Part shown: piece by piece, positions 10,110-21,900 of the stretch
How the letters are laid out: each line of letters opens with the position of its first letter
Position numbering within the stretch: the stretch's first letter is position 1
Virus record (IMG/VR): IMGVR_UViG_3300033273_000460
Location: 1-64,000 of that record
Direction: 5' to 3' (one strand)
Origin: a virus
DNA length: 64,000 nucleotides
Position numbers and translations under genes: made by a program
Notes under the pieces: model-generated
Databases searched by the model: none
Told to the model about the DNA's origin: nothing
Seen by the model: the letters and a program-made list of their open reading frames with translations, nothing else

Positions 10110-10424
10110 ATGCTAAAGTTTAAAGATTTAGTTTTCAAGGAAGACCCAGATATTCCGCTAACAAGTGCAAGAGTAGATTACGAACTTTATACACTGAGTG
10201 TGGTAAAGGAAAGACTAAACAAAGGAACCTACGAGATTGCAATACTTAGAGACGGTGTCTTTGTGCGGTTGCCCGGAATAAACACAGGCAGTGGCGATAC
10301 AGTTTTACGATATCTCAGTGAAGAAAATGTCACTGGCGTAATGGTAAAGTTGGCTAGTATTACACTGAATCCAGGAATACTAGTAGACTCTCCTTTTGGG
10401 TCTGCTATGGCATATCACGACTAA
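10110..10424 (+). CDS. Hypothetical protein (104 aa)
   Basis: ATG at 10110 preceded by AGGAG; YEIAI...GDTVLRYLSEENV pattern. Confidence 0.6.
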   Translation: MLKFKDLVFKEDPDIPLTSARVDYELYTLSVVKERLNKGTYEIAILRDGVFVRLPGINTGSGDTVLRYLSEENVTGVMVKLASITLNPGILVDSPFGSAMAYHD

Positions 10425-10476
10425 CAATCAAGCTCCGTAGGTATTTAGGAAACCATAAATACACTACTATAGGAGT

Positions 10477-11679
10477 TTGTATATGCCCCGTATTTCTATG
10501 TGGCAAAATGGTGCCCATACCAACGATTTTAAGTTCTTTGACAAACGTATCAGTGAAATGTTCACAGTTGGTGGTACCGGCATTAATGTACACAAATATG
10601 TTGGTGTTATTGATCAGGGCCCTAGTGACGATGCATCGCAACCACGTGTGACTGCAGATGATCCTTTGGCTATACAAGATTTTTTGTTTTTAGAAAACAG
10701 AGATCGCAAGTACGATTCAGATGTTTATAACATTCGTGGCATATACAATGTTGCTGACACAGACTTTGATCTAAGTCAGTTTGGACTGTTCCTAAGCAAT
10801 GACACTGTTTTCATAACGTTTCATTTAAATGAAATGGTTGAAGCATTAGGACGTAAACTTATGTCCGGTGACGTGCTAGAACTACCACACCTAAAAGATT
10901 ATCACAGTCTAGATACCAGTATAGATCTTGCGCTATCTCGTTACTACGTGGTGCAAGAAGGTACTCGTCCAAGTGAAGGCTATAGCCCAACTTGGTGGCC
11001 ACATCTATGGCGTGTAAAATGTACACCATTAGTAGATTCACAAGAGTACAGAGACATACTTGACAAGATTCAAGTTGATCCTAGCACCGGCGAAGAAACA
11101 ACAAGCACACTGCGTGATTTATTAAGCACTTACCAAACCGAACTTGAGATAACCAACAAGGTTGTTGAACAAGCAGAAAATGAAGTTCCTGAAAGTGGTT
11201 ATGATGTAAGCAAATACTATGTTGCTCCTGTAGACGAAACAGGCAATCCACTTGAACCTGTAGGACACAGAGCAGATGAAACCGGACTTAGCACAGACAG
11301 TGAACAACAAGATGCAAGTAACACACGCATAACACCACAAAATGCAAATTCTTACAGCGGATACCTAGTAGGCGATGGACTTGCACCAAATGGACATCCT
11401 GTTACAATGGGCACAAGTTTTCCTTCGGATGCAGTTGAAGGATCTTATGTATTAAGATTAGATTTTTTACCTAACAGATTGTTTAGGTTAACAGGCAACA
11501 GATGGCAAAAGGTTGAAGATGATGTGCGTCGCAACCCAACGCCAGGTGCAACAGGACAAAAGAGTCTTAAGAGCGGATTTATCAACAACACAGACACAAC
11601 CACACAAGACGACAACACTGTTATTTCACAGCGTCAAGCACTTAGTAAAGCACTTGAAATACAGGAGGACAATGACTAA
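10477..11679 (+). CDS. gp14: Neck/head-closure protein, gp14-like
   Basis: LFLENRDRKYD, FDLSQFGLF, LGRKLMSGDVLELPH, WWPHLWRVKCTP; lies between gp13 and gp15; late promoter CATAAATA at 10454. Confidence 0.7.
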   Translation: MYMPRISMWQNGAHTNDFKFFDKRISEMFTVGGTGINVHKYVGVIDQGPSDDASQPRVTADDPLAIQDFLFLENRDRKYDSDVYNIRGIYNVADTDFDLSQFGLFLSNDTVFITFHLNEMVEALGRKLMSGDVLELPHLKDYHSLDTSIDLALSRYYVVQEGTRPSEGYSPTWWPHLWRVKCTPLVDSQEYRDILDKIQVDPSTGEETTSTLRDLLSTYQTELEITNKVVEQAENEVPESGYDVSKYYVAPVDETGNPLEPVGHRADETGLSTDSEQQDASNTRITPQNANSYSGYLVGDGLAPNGHPVTMGTSFPSDAVEGSYVLRLDFLPNRLFRLTGNRWQKVEDDVRRNPTPGATGQKSLKSGFINNTDTTTQDDNTVISQRQALSKALEIQEDND

Positions 11680-13082
11680 TGGCAGGAAACCTATTTTTTT
11701 ACGATGAACAGGTCAGACGTTTCCTGCTGCAGTTTATACGTGCATTCAGTAACTTTCAAGTTGAATACGGCAAGGATCGTGATGGTAATACCACATTGGT
11801 CACAGTTCCTGTGCGTTATGGTGATGCTACAAGACAGGTAAGCAGTATCATACGCAACAACAGTGAAAACGCTGTGATTCCAACACCAATGATGAGTGCA
11901 TATGTTACAGCATTTGAATATTCAAGAGAACGTGTGCAGGAACCTTATTGGGTAGACAAAAAACACATTCGTATGCGCAAATATGATCAGGACACTGCTA
12001 GTTACACAACAGCACAAGGCAATGCTTTTACTGTAGAAAGACTGATGCCTGTGCCTTATGATCTTACCATGAACTTGGACATTTGGACATCAAACACAAC
12101 ACAAAAGTTACAGTTGTTAGAACAAATACTTGTGTTGTTTAATCCTAGTTTAGAAATACAGTCTACAGACAACTATCTAGATTGGGGCAGTCTCAGTTAC
12201 ATACAGTTAGAAAACACAACTTGGAGTAATCGAACTGTGCCTGTGGGTGTTGACGAAACCATAGACATTGCTACACTAACTTTCAAAATGCCCATATGGT
12301 TAAGTGCACCAAGTAAAGTTAAAAAACTGGGTGTCGTAACCAAAATTGTAGCAAGCATATATGATGACAATGGTGGTATTGCAGACGGAGTCATAGACGG
12401 ACAGATATTAATGGGTGAACGTATGAAGTTTACTCCTATGAATTTTGGCATACTCATTTTAGGAAATACAATACAAATACTAGACAGAAACGAAACAGTG
12501 ACCAACAAAGTTGAAGGTAGCATACTCAACGATCCTCCAGAAAAAATTGGCACAGATGATGTAACGTGGAAGGCACTTGTAAATCAATACGGAGAATTGC
12601 AAGCAGGTGTTAGTCAAGTGCGATTAGATACACCAGTAGGCGAAGTAGTTGGCACAGTTGCATTCCATCCAACCAATGATTATCAATTGTTGTTTACTGT
12701 AGATTCTGATACAATACCTACAAACGATCTAGATCCTATCGATAAAGTGATCAATCCTTTAAACGTAGCACCAGGTGCAGGCTTGCCTGCAAATGCAATA
12801 GGGCAAAGATACATCATACTCAACAGCATTGGCAACTCAGATAACACAGATGGTCCTGATGCTTGGAAAGATGCTGCAGAAAATGACTTTTATGCAAGTG
12901 CAAACGACATCATTGAATATGATGGTGTGCGTTGGAATGTGGTATTTGACAGCAGCACCGAAACGGGTGTACACTATGTAACTAATACCACAACAGGAAT
13001 TCAATATAGATGGACTGGAACCAATTGGGTCAAGTCTTGGGAAGGTGAATATCAAGCAGGCGAATGGAGCATCGTAATCTAA
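11679..13082 (+). CDS. gp15: Tail terminator / sheath stabiliser gp15-like with C-terminal extension
   Basis: FFYDEQVRRFLLQF...F.N, VPVRYG, MPVPYDL...LDIW, QLLEQIL.LFNP, ATLTF. Confidence 0.8.
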   Translation: MAGNLFFYDEQVRRFLLQFIRAFSNFQVEYGKDRDGNTTLVTVPVRYGDATRQVSSIIRNNSENAVIPTPMMSAYVTAFEYSRERVQEPYWVDKKHIRMRKYDQDTASYTTAQGNAFTVERLMPVPYDLTMNLDIWTSNTTQKLQLLEQILVLFNPSLEIQSTDNYLDWGSLSYIQLENTTWSNRTVPVGVDETIDIATLTFKMPIWLSAPSKVKKLGVVTKIVASIYDDNGGIADGVIDGQILMGERMKFTPMNFGILILGNTIQILDRNETVTNKVEGSILNDPPEKIGTDDVTWKALVNQYGELQAGVSQVRLDTPVGEVVGTVAFHPTNDYQLLFTVDSDTIPTNDLDPIDKVINPLNVAPGAGLPANAIGQRYIILNSIGNSDNTDGPDAWKDAAENDFYASANDIIEYDGVRWNVVFDSSTETGVHYVTNTTTGIQYRWTGTNWVKSWEGEYQAGEWSIVI

Positions 13083-13498
13083 ACCGCAGTGTTGGCACAC
13101 TGTTTTACGCTATAGAAACACAACGCTATATGTTTTTGTTAAGAAGTGCTCGTAATCATGACAGCACTTGGGGATTCTGTAGCGGAAAAGTTGAACAAGG
13201 CGAAAGTGACATACAAGCACTTGAACGTGAGATTATTGAAGAACTTGGTTTTCAACCCAATGTTACCAAGCACATCCCTGTTGAAACATTCACAAACAGC
13301 CGCAAAGGCTTTACTTTTCAGACCTATGTGAGCATAGTAGGACAAGAATTTGTGCCTAATTTAAACAAAGAAAACAAAGGTTATGCCTGGACTGTGATAG
13401 AAAACTATCCCAAGCCACTTCATCCAGGTGTATACAACACACTCAACGCTGAAGAAATTATGACTAAGTTTAAGACTGTTCAGTCTATCTGGCAATAG
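13064..13498 (+). CDS. Nudix hydrolase
   Basis: Complete Nudix box GKVEQGESDIQALEREIIEELG (GX5EX7REUXEEXG). Confidence 0.9.
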   Translation: MEHRNLNRSVGTLFYAIETQRYMFLLRSARNHDSTWGFCSGKVEQGESDIQALEREIIEELGFQPNVTKHIPVETFTNSRKGFTFQTYVSIVGQEFVPNLNKENKGYAWTVIENYPKPLHPGVYNTLNAEEIMTKFKTVQSIWQ

Positions 13499-14231
13499 CA
13501 CCTAGTTGTGCTTCACTTATGTAGTGACTATAATCTAGTTGTCTAAAATTTTTACACCAGTTTAAATCATCTGGATAAAAAGCATAGTTAATATCCGAGA
13601 CACGCACAAACTCAGTGTCAGTATATGTGTTTATTAACCTAACCAAGTTGTCTGTAAATTTGTGGTTGGTTCCATTGACTTCTTGTATTGTTTTGTATAA
13701 ATCGTGTTGTTCAAAATAGATATTTTCTTCGCCTGATTTATACCAATCAAATCCTAACAGATATATTGTTTTATGTCCGTCTGCTGCAGCAACATGTGCT
13801 GCAAGGACCCCTGTTGGAGCATTATAATAGTGTGGATACAGGTGAAATGCACCAGGATTTGAAAGTATGTGCCTAGCATTACTGTATACAATGTTATCCT
13901 CGCAGTATCCACTGTCTGCTATTTCTGCACAAAGTGTTTTTTGAAATACAAATAGGAAAGTTGGACTAAAATCTTTGTAAAGAATGTTGCAGCCATAACT
14001 TTGTCCTACGCTACGCACACCTCCTTCGCCACCAACTTGACCGGTTAGCAATTGCAAATCAAAATTTTTCCTGCTTGGACCATTTCCAATGATGTGTGCT
14101 GTTAGATTATCAGGTTCGTTGAGTATGCTTTTTGCTATCCAAACACGGTTTTCTTCTTTGTTTGCATCACGCCAATTAGTAGATTGTACAACAATCTCAC
14201 CTTCGTAATCAGCAGTGTAGTAGTGTTGCAT
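13485..14231 (-). CDS. Maf/DUF115 (MptE-like) family protein, putative glycosyltransferase
   Basis: HIIGNGPSR, YGCN, TG..AA..AA, IYLLGFD motifs of the Maf_flag10/DUF115 and GT42 sialyltransferase-like fold. Confidence 0.6.
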   Translation of the reverse strand: MQHYYTADYEGEIVVQSTNWRDANKEENRVWIAKSILNEPDNLTAHIIGNGPSRKNFDLQLLTGQVGGEGGVRSVGQSYGCNILYKDFSPTFLFVFQKTLCAEIADSGYCEDNIVYSNARHILSNPGAFHLYPHYYNAPTGVLAAHVAAADGHKTIYLLGFDWYKSGEENIYFEQHDLYKTIQEVNGTNHKFTDNLVRLINTYTDTEFVRVSDINYAFYPDDLNWCKNFRQLDYSHYISEAQLGAIAR

Positions 14232-15052
14232 TACATACGTCCTACAACGACTTCAATGACACCCTCTCCTGATACTGTTTTGTTTTCTAAGGCTTTTCCA
14301 ATTACTGTGCCCATCGGGGGATCACCTTCATCATTCCATGCTTGTGCATGCCCTGGTGTTGCACTAGATACCATCATATCTCCTTTAACAACAGGCCCTA
14401 CAACCTTGCAAGGTACACGTCCTACCAACGCTACATTGACTCCGCCTTGTAATTCACTATTCATTAGATATGCAGGATCAACACTGACAACACCTGCAAT
14501 GCGTCGACTTAATTGTGAAGTGCTTTGTGTAACTTCTTCCTCGCCACCAAAAACTAAAACTGTGCCAAATCCATAATCACTATCACTGGTGTATCGTTCA
14601 GCTAAGTCAGCATACTGTGCTGCACTTGCTGTTGTGCTTAGTACATTTGTACTTGGATTGTAACTTAAATTTGTATCTGTTTCTATGCCTTGAGTACCGG
14701 TCGCTCCATCAACAAAAGTAATGTATACAGTTTCGTTCGCAGTGTTATTTGCTGTAACTGTGACGTTGGTTGCTGTGGTTGCAGTAGCAGCATTACCTGT
14801 TACATCACCAGTTACATTACCAGTGAATGTACCAGCAATTGCTCCAGTACCTGTAATAGTTGGACTAGTAAGAGTTTTATTGGTTAGAGTCTGTGTTGCT
14901 CCAGTAGTTACCATCTCAAAGCCGCCAGCAGTAGTACCATCATGCACTCTAATAGTGTCTACAGTAGTGTCGTAACTTAGTTCACCCGCAGCACCTGTAA
15001 ATGCATTGTTTTGGGCAGTAGTTCCTCGTCTCAATTGTAACTGTGTTGGCAT
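14231..15052 (-). CDS. Short fibre protein (Mtd-like N-terminus, ADLAERY-type C-terminal domain)
   Basis: MPTQLQLRRGTT...FTGAAGELSYDT N-terminus; C-terminal ADLAERY...GVVS..PAYLMN...VAL.GRVPCKV.G...GD...IGKALE. Confidence 0.75.
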   Translation of the reverse strand: MPTQLQLRRGTTAQNNAFTGAAGELSYDTTVDTIRVHDGTTAGGFEMVTTGATQTLTNKTLTSPTITGTGAIAGTFTGNVTGDVTGNAATATTATNVTVTANNTANETVYITFVDGATGTQGIETDTNLSYNPSTNVLSTTASAAQYADLAERYTSDSDYGFGTVLVFGGEEEVTQSTSQLSRRIAGVVSVDPAYLMNSELQGGVNVALVGRVPCKVVGPVVKGDMMVSSATPGHAQAWNDEGDPPMGTVIGKALENKTVSGEGVIEVVVGRM

Positions 15053-15079
15053 ATTGCTCTATCTCCAATAAACTATTTA

Positions 15080-18000
15080 TTAAGTAAACACACCCATGTC
15101 ATTTACGCTTGTGCTACCAACTGGTTCCATCATATCATAAACTTCGCCTAATGCAACTCCAAATGCATCAGTACCTCCTAATTCAAATGGTGTCTCTTGT
15201 GAGGTTTGTGCTACATTATAACTTAAATCAAAGTCACCATCTGCGCCAGGAGCAGTTGTAAATGTACTGTTAGTAAAACCACTAGAACCGCCACCTGATC
15301 CTGCATTGGCATCAACGTATGCTTTGGTAGCAGCATCTTGGTTACCAACAGGATCTGCTACATTGGTAACTCTGTTGGCGCCCATGTCTATGGTTTGTGT
15401 GCTTGCAATTGTGATGCCATTGAGTGTGCCAACACTGGTAACATTGCTAAGTGTGTCAAGTGCAGATTCAAAATAGGTTTCAAAATCTGTGAGTGCAACT
15501 TGCTTCATAGTGCCTGCATCATTGACTACAACTCTGTCAGCATCAGCGAGTGTAGTACTAGTTGCACTTGTGTCACCATCAAGTATGTTAAGTTCACTTG
15601 CTGTAGCAGTAACGCCATCAAGTATGTTTAGCTCTGCAGCCGTTGCAGTAACTAGGGTGTTAGCAAGTCTTAATCCTGTGCTTGAGCCATCATGTGTTTC
15701 AACATCAAAATCAGTGCCGTTCATAATCTTGAACTCTGTGCTGGTCATACGCACATTGATATTTTGCGAACCTGCTTTTTGATGTGATATTTCAATTATG
15801 CCATCTTCACTGCCGCTACTTGCATCACCAATCTTACCAGTGATCTTAGCAAACACTGTTTTACTGTCTGCGTCATTATCTGCACTGAACTTGATCTGAC
15901 CAATGTAGTTTGCATCTGCGCCTGTAATATCTCTGAATAGTTCAAACTCAGGTGCTGCACTACTACCTGCTGTGGTGCTTGTAATAGTATTATTACCTGT
16001 GGTATCAACTTTACCATCTAATTGTGTTTGAATATTACTAGTGACGCCATCAACATAGTTAAGTTCAGCGGCTGTTGCTGTTACAAGAGTCCCGCCTAGT
16101 TTTAAGCCGTTGGTTCCGTCATGACTTGCAATATCAAAGTCGTATGCTCCATCACTGAACGTTGTGTTACCAGTTATAGTTGGGGTATTGATAGTAGGAC
16201 TTGTAAGAGTCTTGTTTGTAAGTGTGTCTGTTGTAGCACGACCAACCAGTGTATCTGTGCTTGTAGGAAGTGTTAGTGTTCCTGTGTTACTGATACTGCT
16301 AATAACAGGTGTAGTAAGTGTTTTGTTGGTTAGTGTTTGTGTACCTGCTTCTGTTACAAGTGTGCCTGTTACTCCATTTAATAAATTAAGTTCTGTTGCT
16401 GTACTAGTTACCAGTGTGCCACCAAGTTTAAGTCCGTTTGTTCCATCATGACTGGCAACGTCTACATCTGTTGTACCATCTGCAAAAGTAACATTACCAC
16501 TTTCATCAATGGTCATGCGTGTTGTAGGATCACCATTGTCACCAGTTTGGAACTGTAGATTAGCACCATATGCACTGCCGTCTAGTACAACGTCTGAAAG
16601 TATTCGCACTCTTGTTCTAAAGTCTGTACCATCATGTACTAGACCAACAATCTTTATTAGTTCATCGCCATCAGCAGCCGCTGTTGTACTGCTAGGTGTG
16701 CCTCTGGCTTTTTGGAACAGTATGTCTGGACCGTCGGTACCTGTGTAATATTGGTCAATACGCATTGAACCTTCATACTGTGTGTCACCTACTAGGTGCA
16801 GTGTTCTAGCAGGACTGCTTGTGCCAATACCTAGTCGCCCGTTGCTTGTGTCAATATTAAGCAAGTCTGAACTATCAATGCTACTTCCATCTGTGCCAAC
16901 AATAAGCAAATCACCTGCGTTGGATAGTGTAATACCTGTAACACCGTCTAAGTAGTTAAGTTCTGTTGCTGTACTAGTGACTGCTGTGCCACCTAATATA
17001 AGTGAGCCAATACTTAATCCGCCTGCGGTTACTGTAAGGTTTCCTGTGCTATCACCAGTTGCAGTAGTTGTACCAAGCACAAACTGATCTGCACTCTCGT
17101 CCCACATGATGATTGCATTATCACCGGTGCTCCCTCGTTCCATAACGATACCTAAATCGTTACTGTTACTTGATGCTCCAGTATTAAGTTCAATAAGACT
17201 ATCACTTATCGTTGAGTTAGTTGTACTAACAGTTGTAGTAGTACCATTTACAGTTAAGTTGCCTGTGACTGTTAAGTCTGTATCAACTTGCATGTTGACA
17301 AATGAACGTACTAAACTAGAACCTGCACTGAAAACTTCGTTGGCGCTTGCACTGCCGCCTGAATATAATCTCACAGAACCTGATTCTGAAATAATACCTA
17401 TGCCTCTAGTAGCATTTCTATTTCTCAATGCACTAGGTAAACTACCAGTATCTGCTTCATCAATAAACTCTATTCTGTCATGGTCATTGCTGTTATTAAC
17501 TTTAAACAACACTTCACGAGTGTTTGCTGTACCTGTACCTACAATGTGCAGTCTTGCATCAATATCACTTGCACTAGCAACACCAATACCCAAACTGGCA
17601 GTTGAACTGTTGTAAATCATGCCACTGCTAACAAAGCCATTGTTACTACTGTTCATTGCAATGATTTCGTTTGCACTGGTGTTGTCAAACATTCCATCTG
17701 TGTAGTTTAGTTCAGCACCAGTTGCTGTAACTGCTGTGCCGCCGTAGTTTAGATTGCCAGCACCAATAACAACTTCACCTGTTCCTTTAGGTGTAAGATT
17801 GATATCAATGTTTGTATCGCCACCAGTAGCACTTAGTGTAGGACCATTACCTGTTGCGGCATTGGCAATAGTAAACTCGTTAACTGCACTAGCAGTTTCA
17901 CTAAACTTCAATAGTTCTAATGTACCGTCACCAATAGCATTGCCATTTACATCAAGCATGCCGCCAAGTTGCGGAGTAGTATCTTCAACAATGTTGCTTA

Positions 18001-18898
18001 GTCCACCGCTTTGATCAGCAAATGTAAGTGTGCCACTACCATCTGTTTGTAGTACTTGGTTTGCACTACCGTCTGCGGTTGGGAAAGTATATGCTTCGTT
18101 GCCAAAATACACAGCACCACTTGAATCAATACCCCACCGAGTTGCTAGGGTGCCGCCAGTGTCCCTTGTTTGAAGTTGTACAACACCTGCATCAGCGTCT
18201 GTGCCATCTACATCAAACTGTAGACTGTGATAGGATTGTATTGACCCACCTTTACGGGCTTCAACATTCATACGATATAGGTAATCGCCTGTTTGGATAT
18301 CTGCCGGTGAGGCTACTGTGCCTCGATATCTTCTTGTTCTAAGGTCTGGAGCGTCCGCTGTGTCATTGTATTGTTCCATGCGGATCTGTGCAGTTTGGGC
18401 ACCTTCACCTGTCATGTGCAGTGTTACTGCTGGTGACGTTTGGTTAATACCGATATAGTTGTTACTGTTGTCAATGGTTAAAACACTTGTAGTTGTAATA
18501 CTACTGCCATCTGTTCCAACAATGGCAATCTCATTTGCACTGCCTAGTGTAATACCTGTTACACCATCTAGATAGTTAAGTTCACCTGCATCAGCAGTAA
18601 CTGCTGTACCACCTATTTCTAATGTGGCTGTATTAATTGTAGCAACTTGTAGATCAGCATAACTGCTTATAGTTACATTACCACTGGTAGTACCATCTTC
18701 TGTAGTATTAACTAGTACAAATTCGTTGGCACTCTCATCATATAGTAAAGCAACATTAGTATCACTACCACGTTCAATGACAATACCTACATCTTTATCT
18801 GCACTACCAGTTTCTCCACTATTCAATCTTATAAGCGGGTCTGTGATATTTGTAATATCAAAATCAATCTGCGCAGCTTTAGGTCGAGTAAATGCCAT
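15080..18898 (-). CDS. Long modular tail fibre/appendage protein (1272 aa)
   Basis: Thr/Ser/Gly-rich; repeated TATAAELNxLDG, TLTNKTLT, RLGIGT.SP, DVASHDGTNGLKLGGT and DAATKAYVD fibre motifs. Confidence 0.8.
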   Translation of the reverse strand: MAFTRPKAAQIDFDITNITDPLIRLNSGETGSADKDVGIVIERGSDTNVALLYDESANEFVLVNTTEDGTTSGNVTISSYADLQVATINTATLEIGGTAVTADAGELNYLDGVTGITLGSANEIAIVGTDGSSITTTSVLTIDNSNNYIGINQTSPAVTLHMTGEGAQTAQIRMEQYNDTADAPDLRTRRYRGTVASPADIQTGDYLYRMNVEARKGGSIQSYHSLQFDVDGTDADAGVVQLQTRDTGGTLATRWGIDSSGAVYFGNEAYTFPTADGSANQVLQTDGSGTLTFADQSGGLSNIVEDTTPQLGGMLDVNGNAIGDGTLELLKFSETASAVNEFTIANAATGNGPTLSATGGDTNIDINLTPKGTGEVVIGAGNLNYGGTAVTATGAELNYTDGMFDNTSANEIIAMNSSNNGFVSSGMIYNSSTASLGIGVASASDIDARLHIVGTGTANTREVLFKVNNSNDHDRIEFIDEADTGSLPSALRNRNATRGIGIISESGSVRLYSGGSASANEVFSAGSSLVRSFVNMQVDTDLTVTGNLTVNGTTTTVSTTNSTISDSLIELNTGASSNSNDLGIVMERGSTGDNAIIMWDESADQFVLGTTTATGDSTGNLTVTAGGLSIGSLILGGTAVTSTATELNYLDGVTGITLSNAGDLLIVGTDGSSIDSSDLLNIDTSNGRLGIGTSSPARTLHLVGDTQYEGSMRIDQYYTGTDGPDILFQKARGTPSSTTAAADGDELIKIVGLVHDGTDFRTRVRILSDVVLDGSAYGANLQFQTGDNGDPTTRMTIDESGNVTFADGTTDVDVASHDGTNGLKLGGTLVTSTATELNLLNGVTGTLVTEAGTQTLTNKTLTTPVISSISNTGTLTLPTSTDTLVGRATTDTLTNKTLTSPTINTPTITGNTTFSDGAYDFDIASHDGTNGLKLGGTLVTATAAELNYVDGVTSNIQTQLDGKVDTTGNNTITSTTAGSSAAPEFELFRDITGADANYIGQIKFSADNDADSKTVFAKITGKIGDASSGSEDGIIEISHQKAGSQNINVRMTSTEFKIMNGTDFDVETHDGSSTGLRLANTLVTATAAELNILDGVTATASELNILDGDTSATSTTLADADRVVVNDAGTMKQVALTDFETYFESALDTLSNVTSVGTLNGITIASTQTIDMGANRVTNVADPVGNQDAATKAYVDANAGSGGGSSGFTNSTFTTAPGADGDFDLSYNVAQTSQETPFELGGTDAFGVALGEVYDMMEPVGSTSVNDMGVFT

Positions 18899-18945
18899 AC
18901 TTGTAAATTCCTTATAGCATATTTATCTATTCTATTTACTCAAAA

Positions 18946-18971
18946 AAATAGCACCCGAAGGTGCTATTTTT
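18946..18971 (-). terminator. Rho-independent terminator with cUUCGg loop
   Basis: AAATAGCACC-CGAA-GGTGCTATTT; the minus-strand loop is UUCG followed by a U-tract. Confidence 0.9.
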
Positions 18972-18987
18972 AATCTATGTGTGCCAA

Positions 18988-21900
18988 TTACATCATTAGT
19001 GCCAATACTTCAATAACGCCTTCGTCACCTTCGTGTGCCTCAATTGCCTTACCAATTACTGTGCCCATTGCTGCCTCATTGTTTGCCATTGCCATGCCAT
19101 TGCCTGCACTTACCATTAAGTCGCCTGCTGCAACTGGACCTGTTACCTTACAAGGAACACGCCCTGCTAGTGCAAGTGCAACACCATCCTGCGCACTATT
19201 CATCAAGTATGCTGGATTGGTACTAACAATACCTGCTACTCTACGACAGTTTGCTTGATCACATGCTGCAACTTTGCCATCACCTGCAAAGTGTACAACT
19301 GTACCTGGTTCAATGTCTTCGTCTGCAGCATATCTTTCAGCCAAGTCAGCGTATTGTGCTTGACTTGCTGTTGTGCTTAGTACGTTTGTACTTGGATTAT
19401 AACTTAAATTTGTATCTGTTTCAAGCCCTTGTGTACCAGTGGCACCGTCAACAAATGTAAGATATACAGTTTCGTTAGCAGTATTGTTTGCTGTGATTGT
19501 AACATTAGTTGCTTCAGTTGCAGTACCTTGCATTGTACCACTTGCAATAATTAGGCCTGAGCTGTCAATGCGTACACGTTCTGTGCCACCTGTATCAAAG
19601 CGGATGATGTCTTCATCACTTGACTCTTCAACTTGGATCTGTGTATCACCGTCTTGGTCAGCAAGTGTATTAATGGTTGTTGTGGTTGTAAACTTACGAA
19701 CTTCAATCAAGTCACCGCTTGCTGGTGCTGATGTAAATGTAAGTGTTGTGCCACTGATACCATAAACAGTTGTTGGCTCTTGTACAACACCGTTTAGCAT
19801 AACAAGTACACCAGCAACATTGTAACTGTCTGCGCCAGTAAGTGCTGAAAGTGTAAATGCTACTGTGCTGTTGTCACCGTTAAATGTTTGTGATGTAGCA
19901 ACTGTAAAGTCTGAGCTAACACTTGCCCATGCACTGTTACCGTAATATTCAACTGTGTTTAGTGTACTGTTGAAACGGAACATACCTGTTACGCCTGTGC
20001 CAGGACGTTGTGCTGTTGTACCTGTTGCAACAATCATTGCACCAGTGTCGTTAACATGGAATACTGCGTTAGCATTTGGTGCACCACCAACGCCAACATT
20101 ATCACCACTTGCGTCAACTGTTAGTAGTGCAGTGTTTGTATCACCTTCTACAACAAAGTCAACGTTTGCGCCTGCTTCGTTAACACGAATTGAGCTAGTT
20201 GCTGTACCATCAATAGCAAGTATGCCAGTGCCGTTTGTAATAGTTGTGTCTGTACCATCATGGTTGATAGTAAAGTCATTGCCAGTACCAACTCTAAGTG
20301 AGCCAGCGTCTGCAATGTCAACGTTGCTTGATGCTGTGATAGCACCTGTAACAGCAAGTGTTGAACCATTAAATGTTAAGTTACCACTATCTTCAATTGC
20401 ACCGCTTGTACCTGCTAATACTACACGACCACTTGTAAGATCGCTAACTGTAGCACTTGCTAGTGTACTTTCACCAGTTACACCAAGTGTACCACCTACT
20501 GTAACGTTACTCGAGAACGCACCAGTTGTTGCACCACTCAACGCACCGCTTGAAATTGTAGCAGTACCATCTGTTAATGATCCACCTGTAACAGCACCAT
20601 CACTAGTGATTGTACCATTTGTGCTAACATTACCATTCATAGCAATGTCAAGGCCAGTTGATCCATAGCCTCCGCCAACTTCAAAAGTTGTGCCGTCAAA
20701 TGTTAGGTTAGCATCATCTTCCAGTGCGCCACTAGATCCTGCAATAACAATTCTGTTGTCTGTTAAGTCACTTACTGTAGCACTTGCGAGTGTCGACTCG
20801 CCGGTAACACCAAGTGTACCGCCTACTGTAACATTGCTACTAAATGCACCTGTAGTAGCACCACTAAGAGCACCACTGCTAAATGTTGCAGTGCCATCTG
20901 TTAGCGAACCACCTGTTATTGCTCCGTCTGCGTCAATAGTACCGTTTGTGCTTACATTACCGTTCATAGCAATGTCAAGTCCTGTAGCGCCATAACCACC
21001 ACCAACTTCAAATGTAGTACCATCAAATGTTAGGTTTGCGTCGTCTTCAAGTGCACCACTTGAACCAGCAATAACAATTCTGTTGTTGGTAAGATCTGAA
21101 ACTGTTGCGCTTGCTAATGTGCTTTCTCCTGTGACACCTAATGTGCCACCAACTGTAACGTTACTGCTAAATGCACCAGTTGTTGCACCGCTTAGTGCAC
21201 CTGAACTTAGTGTAGCAGTACCGTCTGTTAGTGATCCACCAGTAATAGCACCATCACTAGTAATAGCACCATTGGCTTGGATAACACCTGCTGCACTTAC
21301 TGTTACACCAGTTGAACCGTAGCCACCGCCAACAGTCAAGTCGTTTATTGTTGCAGTACCACTTGTACTAATAGTTGTAACACCTGTTATTGCGCCACTA
21401 CTTACACTAAATGTGCCGTCAGTTACTGTAGCACCAGTTACAGTTGCATCACTTGTAATATTTCCGTCTGTTTGAATAACGCCACCTGACGAAATAGTAG
21501 CACCAGTTGATCCATAGCCTCCACCAAATGTTGCATCATTAATTGTTGCTGTACTGCTTGTACTAATAGTTGTAACACCCGATATAGCACCACTACTAAT
21601 TGTAGCAGTGCCGTCTGTTAGTGATCCGCCTGTTACAGCACCATCACTAGTAATAGCACCATTGGCTTGTATTACACCCGCTGCACTTATTGTTACACCA
21701 GTTGATCCATATCCACCACCTACTGTTGCATCATTTATTGTTGCAGTGCCTGTTGTGTTAATAGTAGCAACTTCAATGCCGCCTTTGGCTACTGTTAAGT
21801 CGCCAGTGCTTGCACCAGTTGCTGTTGTTGTACCAAATACAAATACGTCTGCACTTTCGTCCCAAATAATTGCTGCATTGTCACCAGTGCTACCGCGTTC

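Noticed and set aside
14590-19510. Diversity-generating retroelement TR/VR pair in the duplicated fibre C-termini
   Set aside because: Both copies are coding, differences are mostly synonymous rather than adenine-specific, and no reverse transcriptase is in the window.
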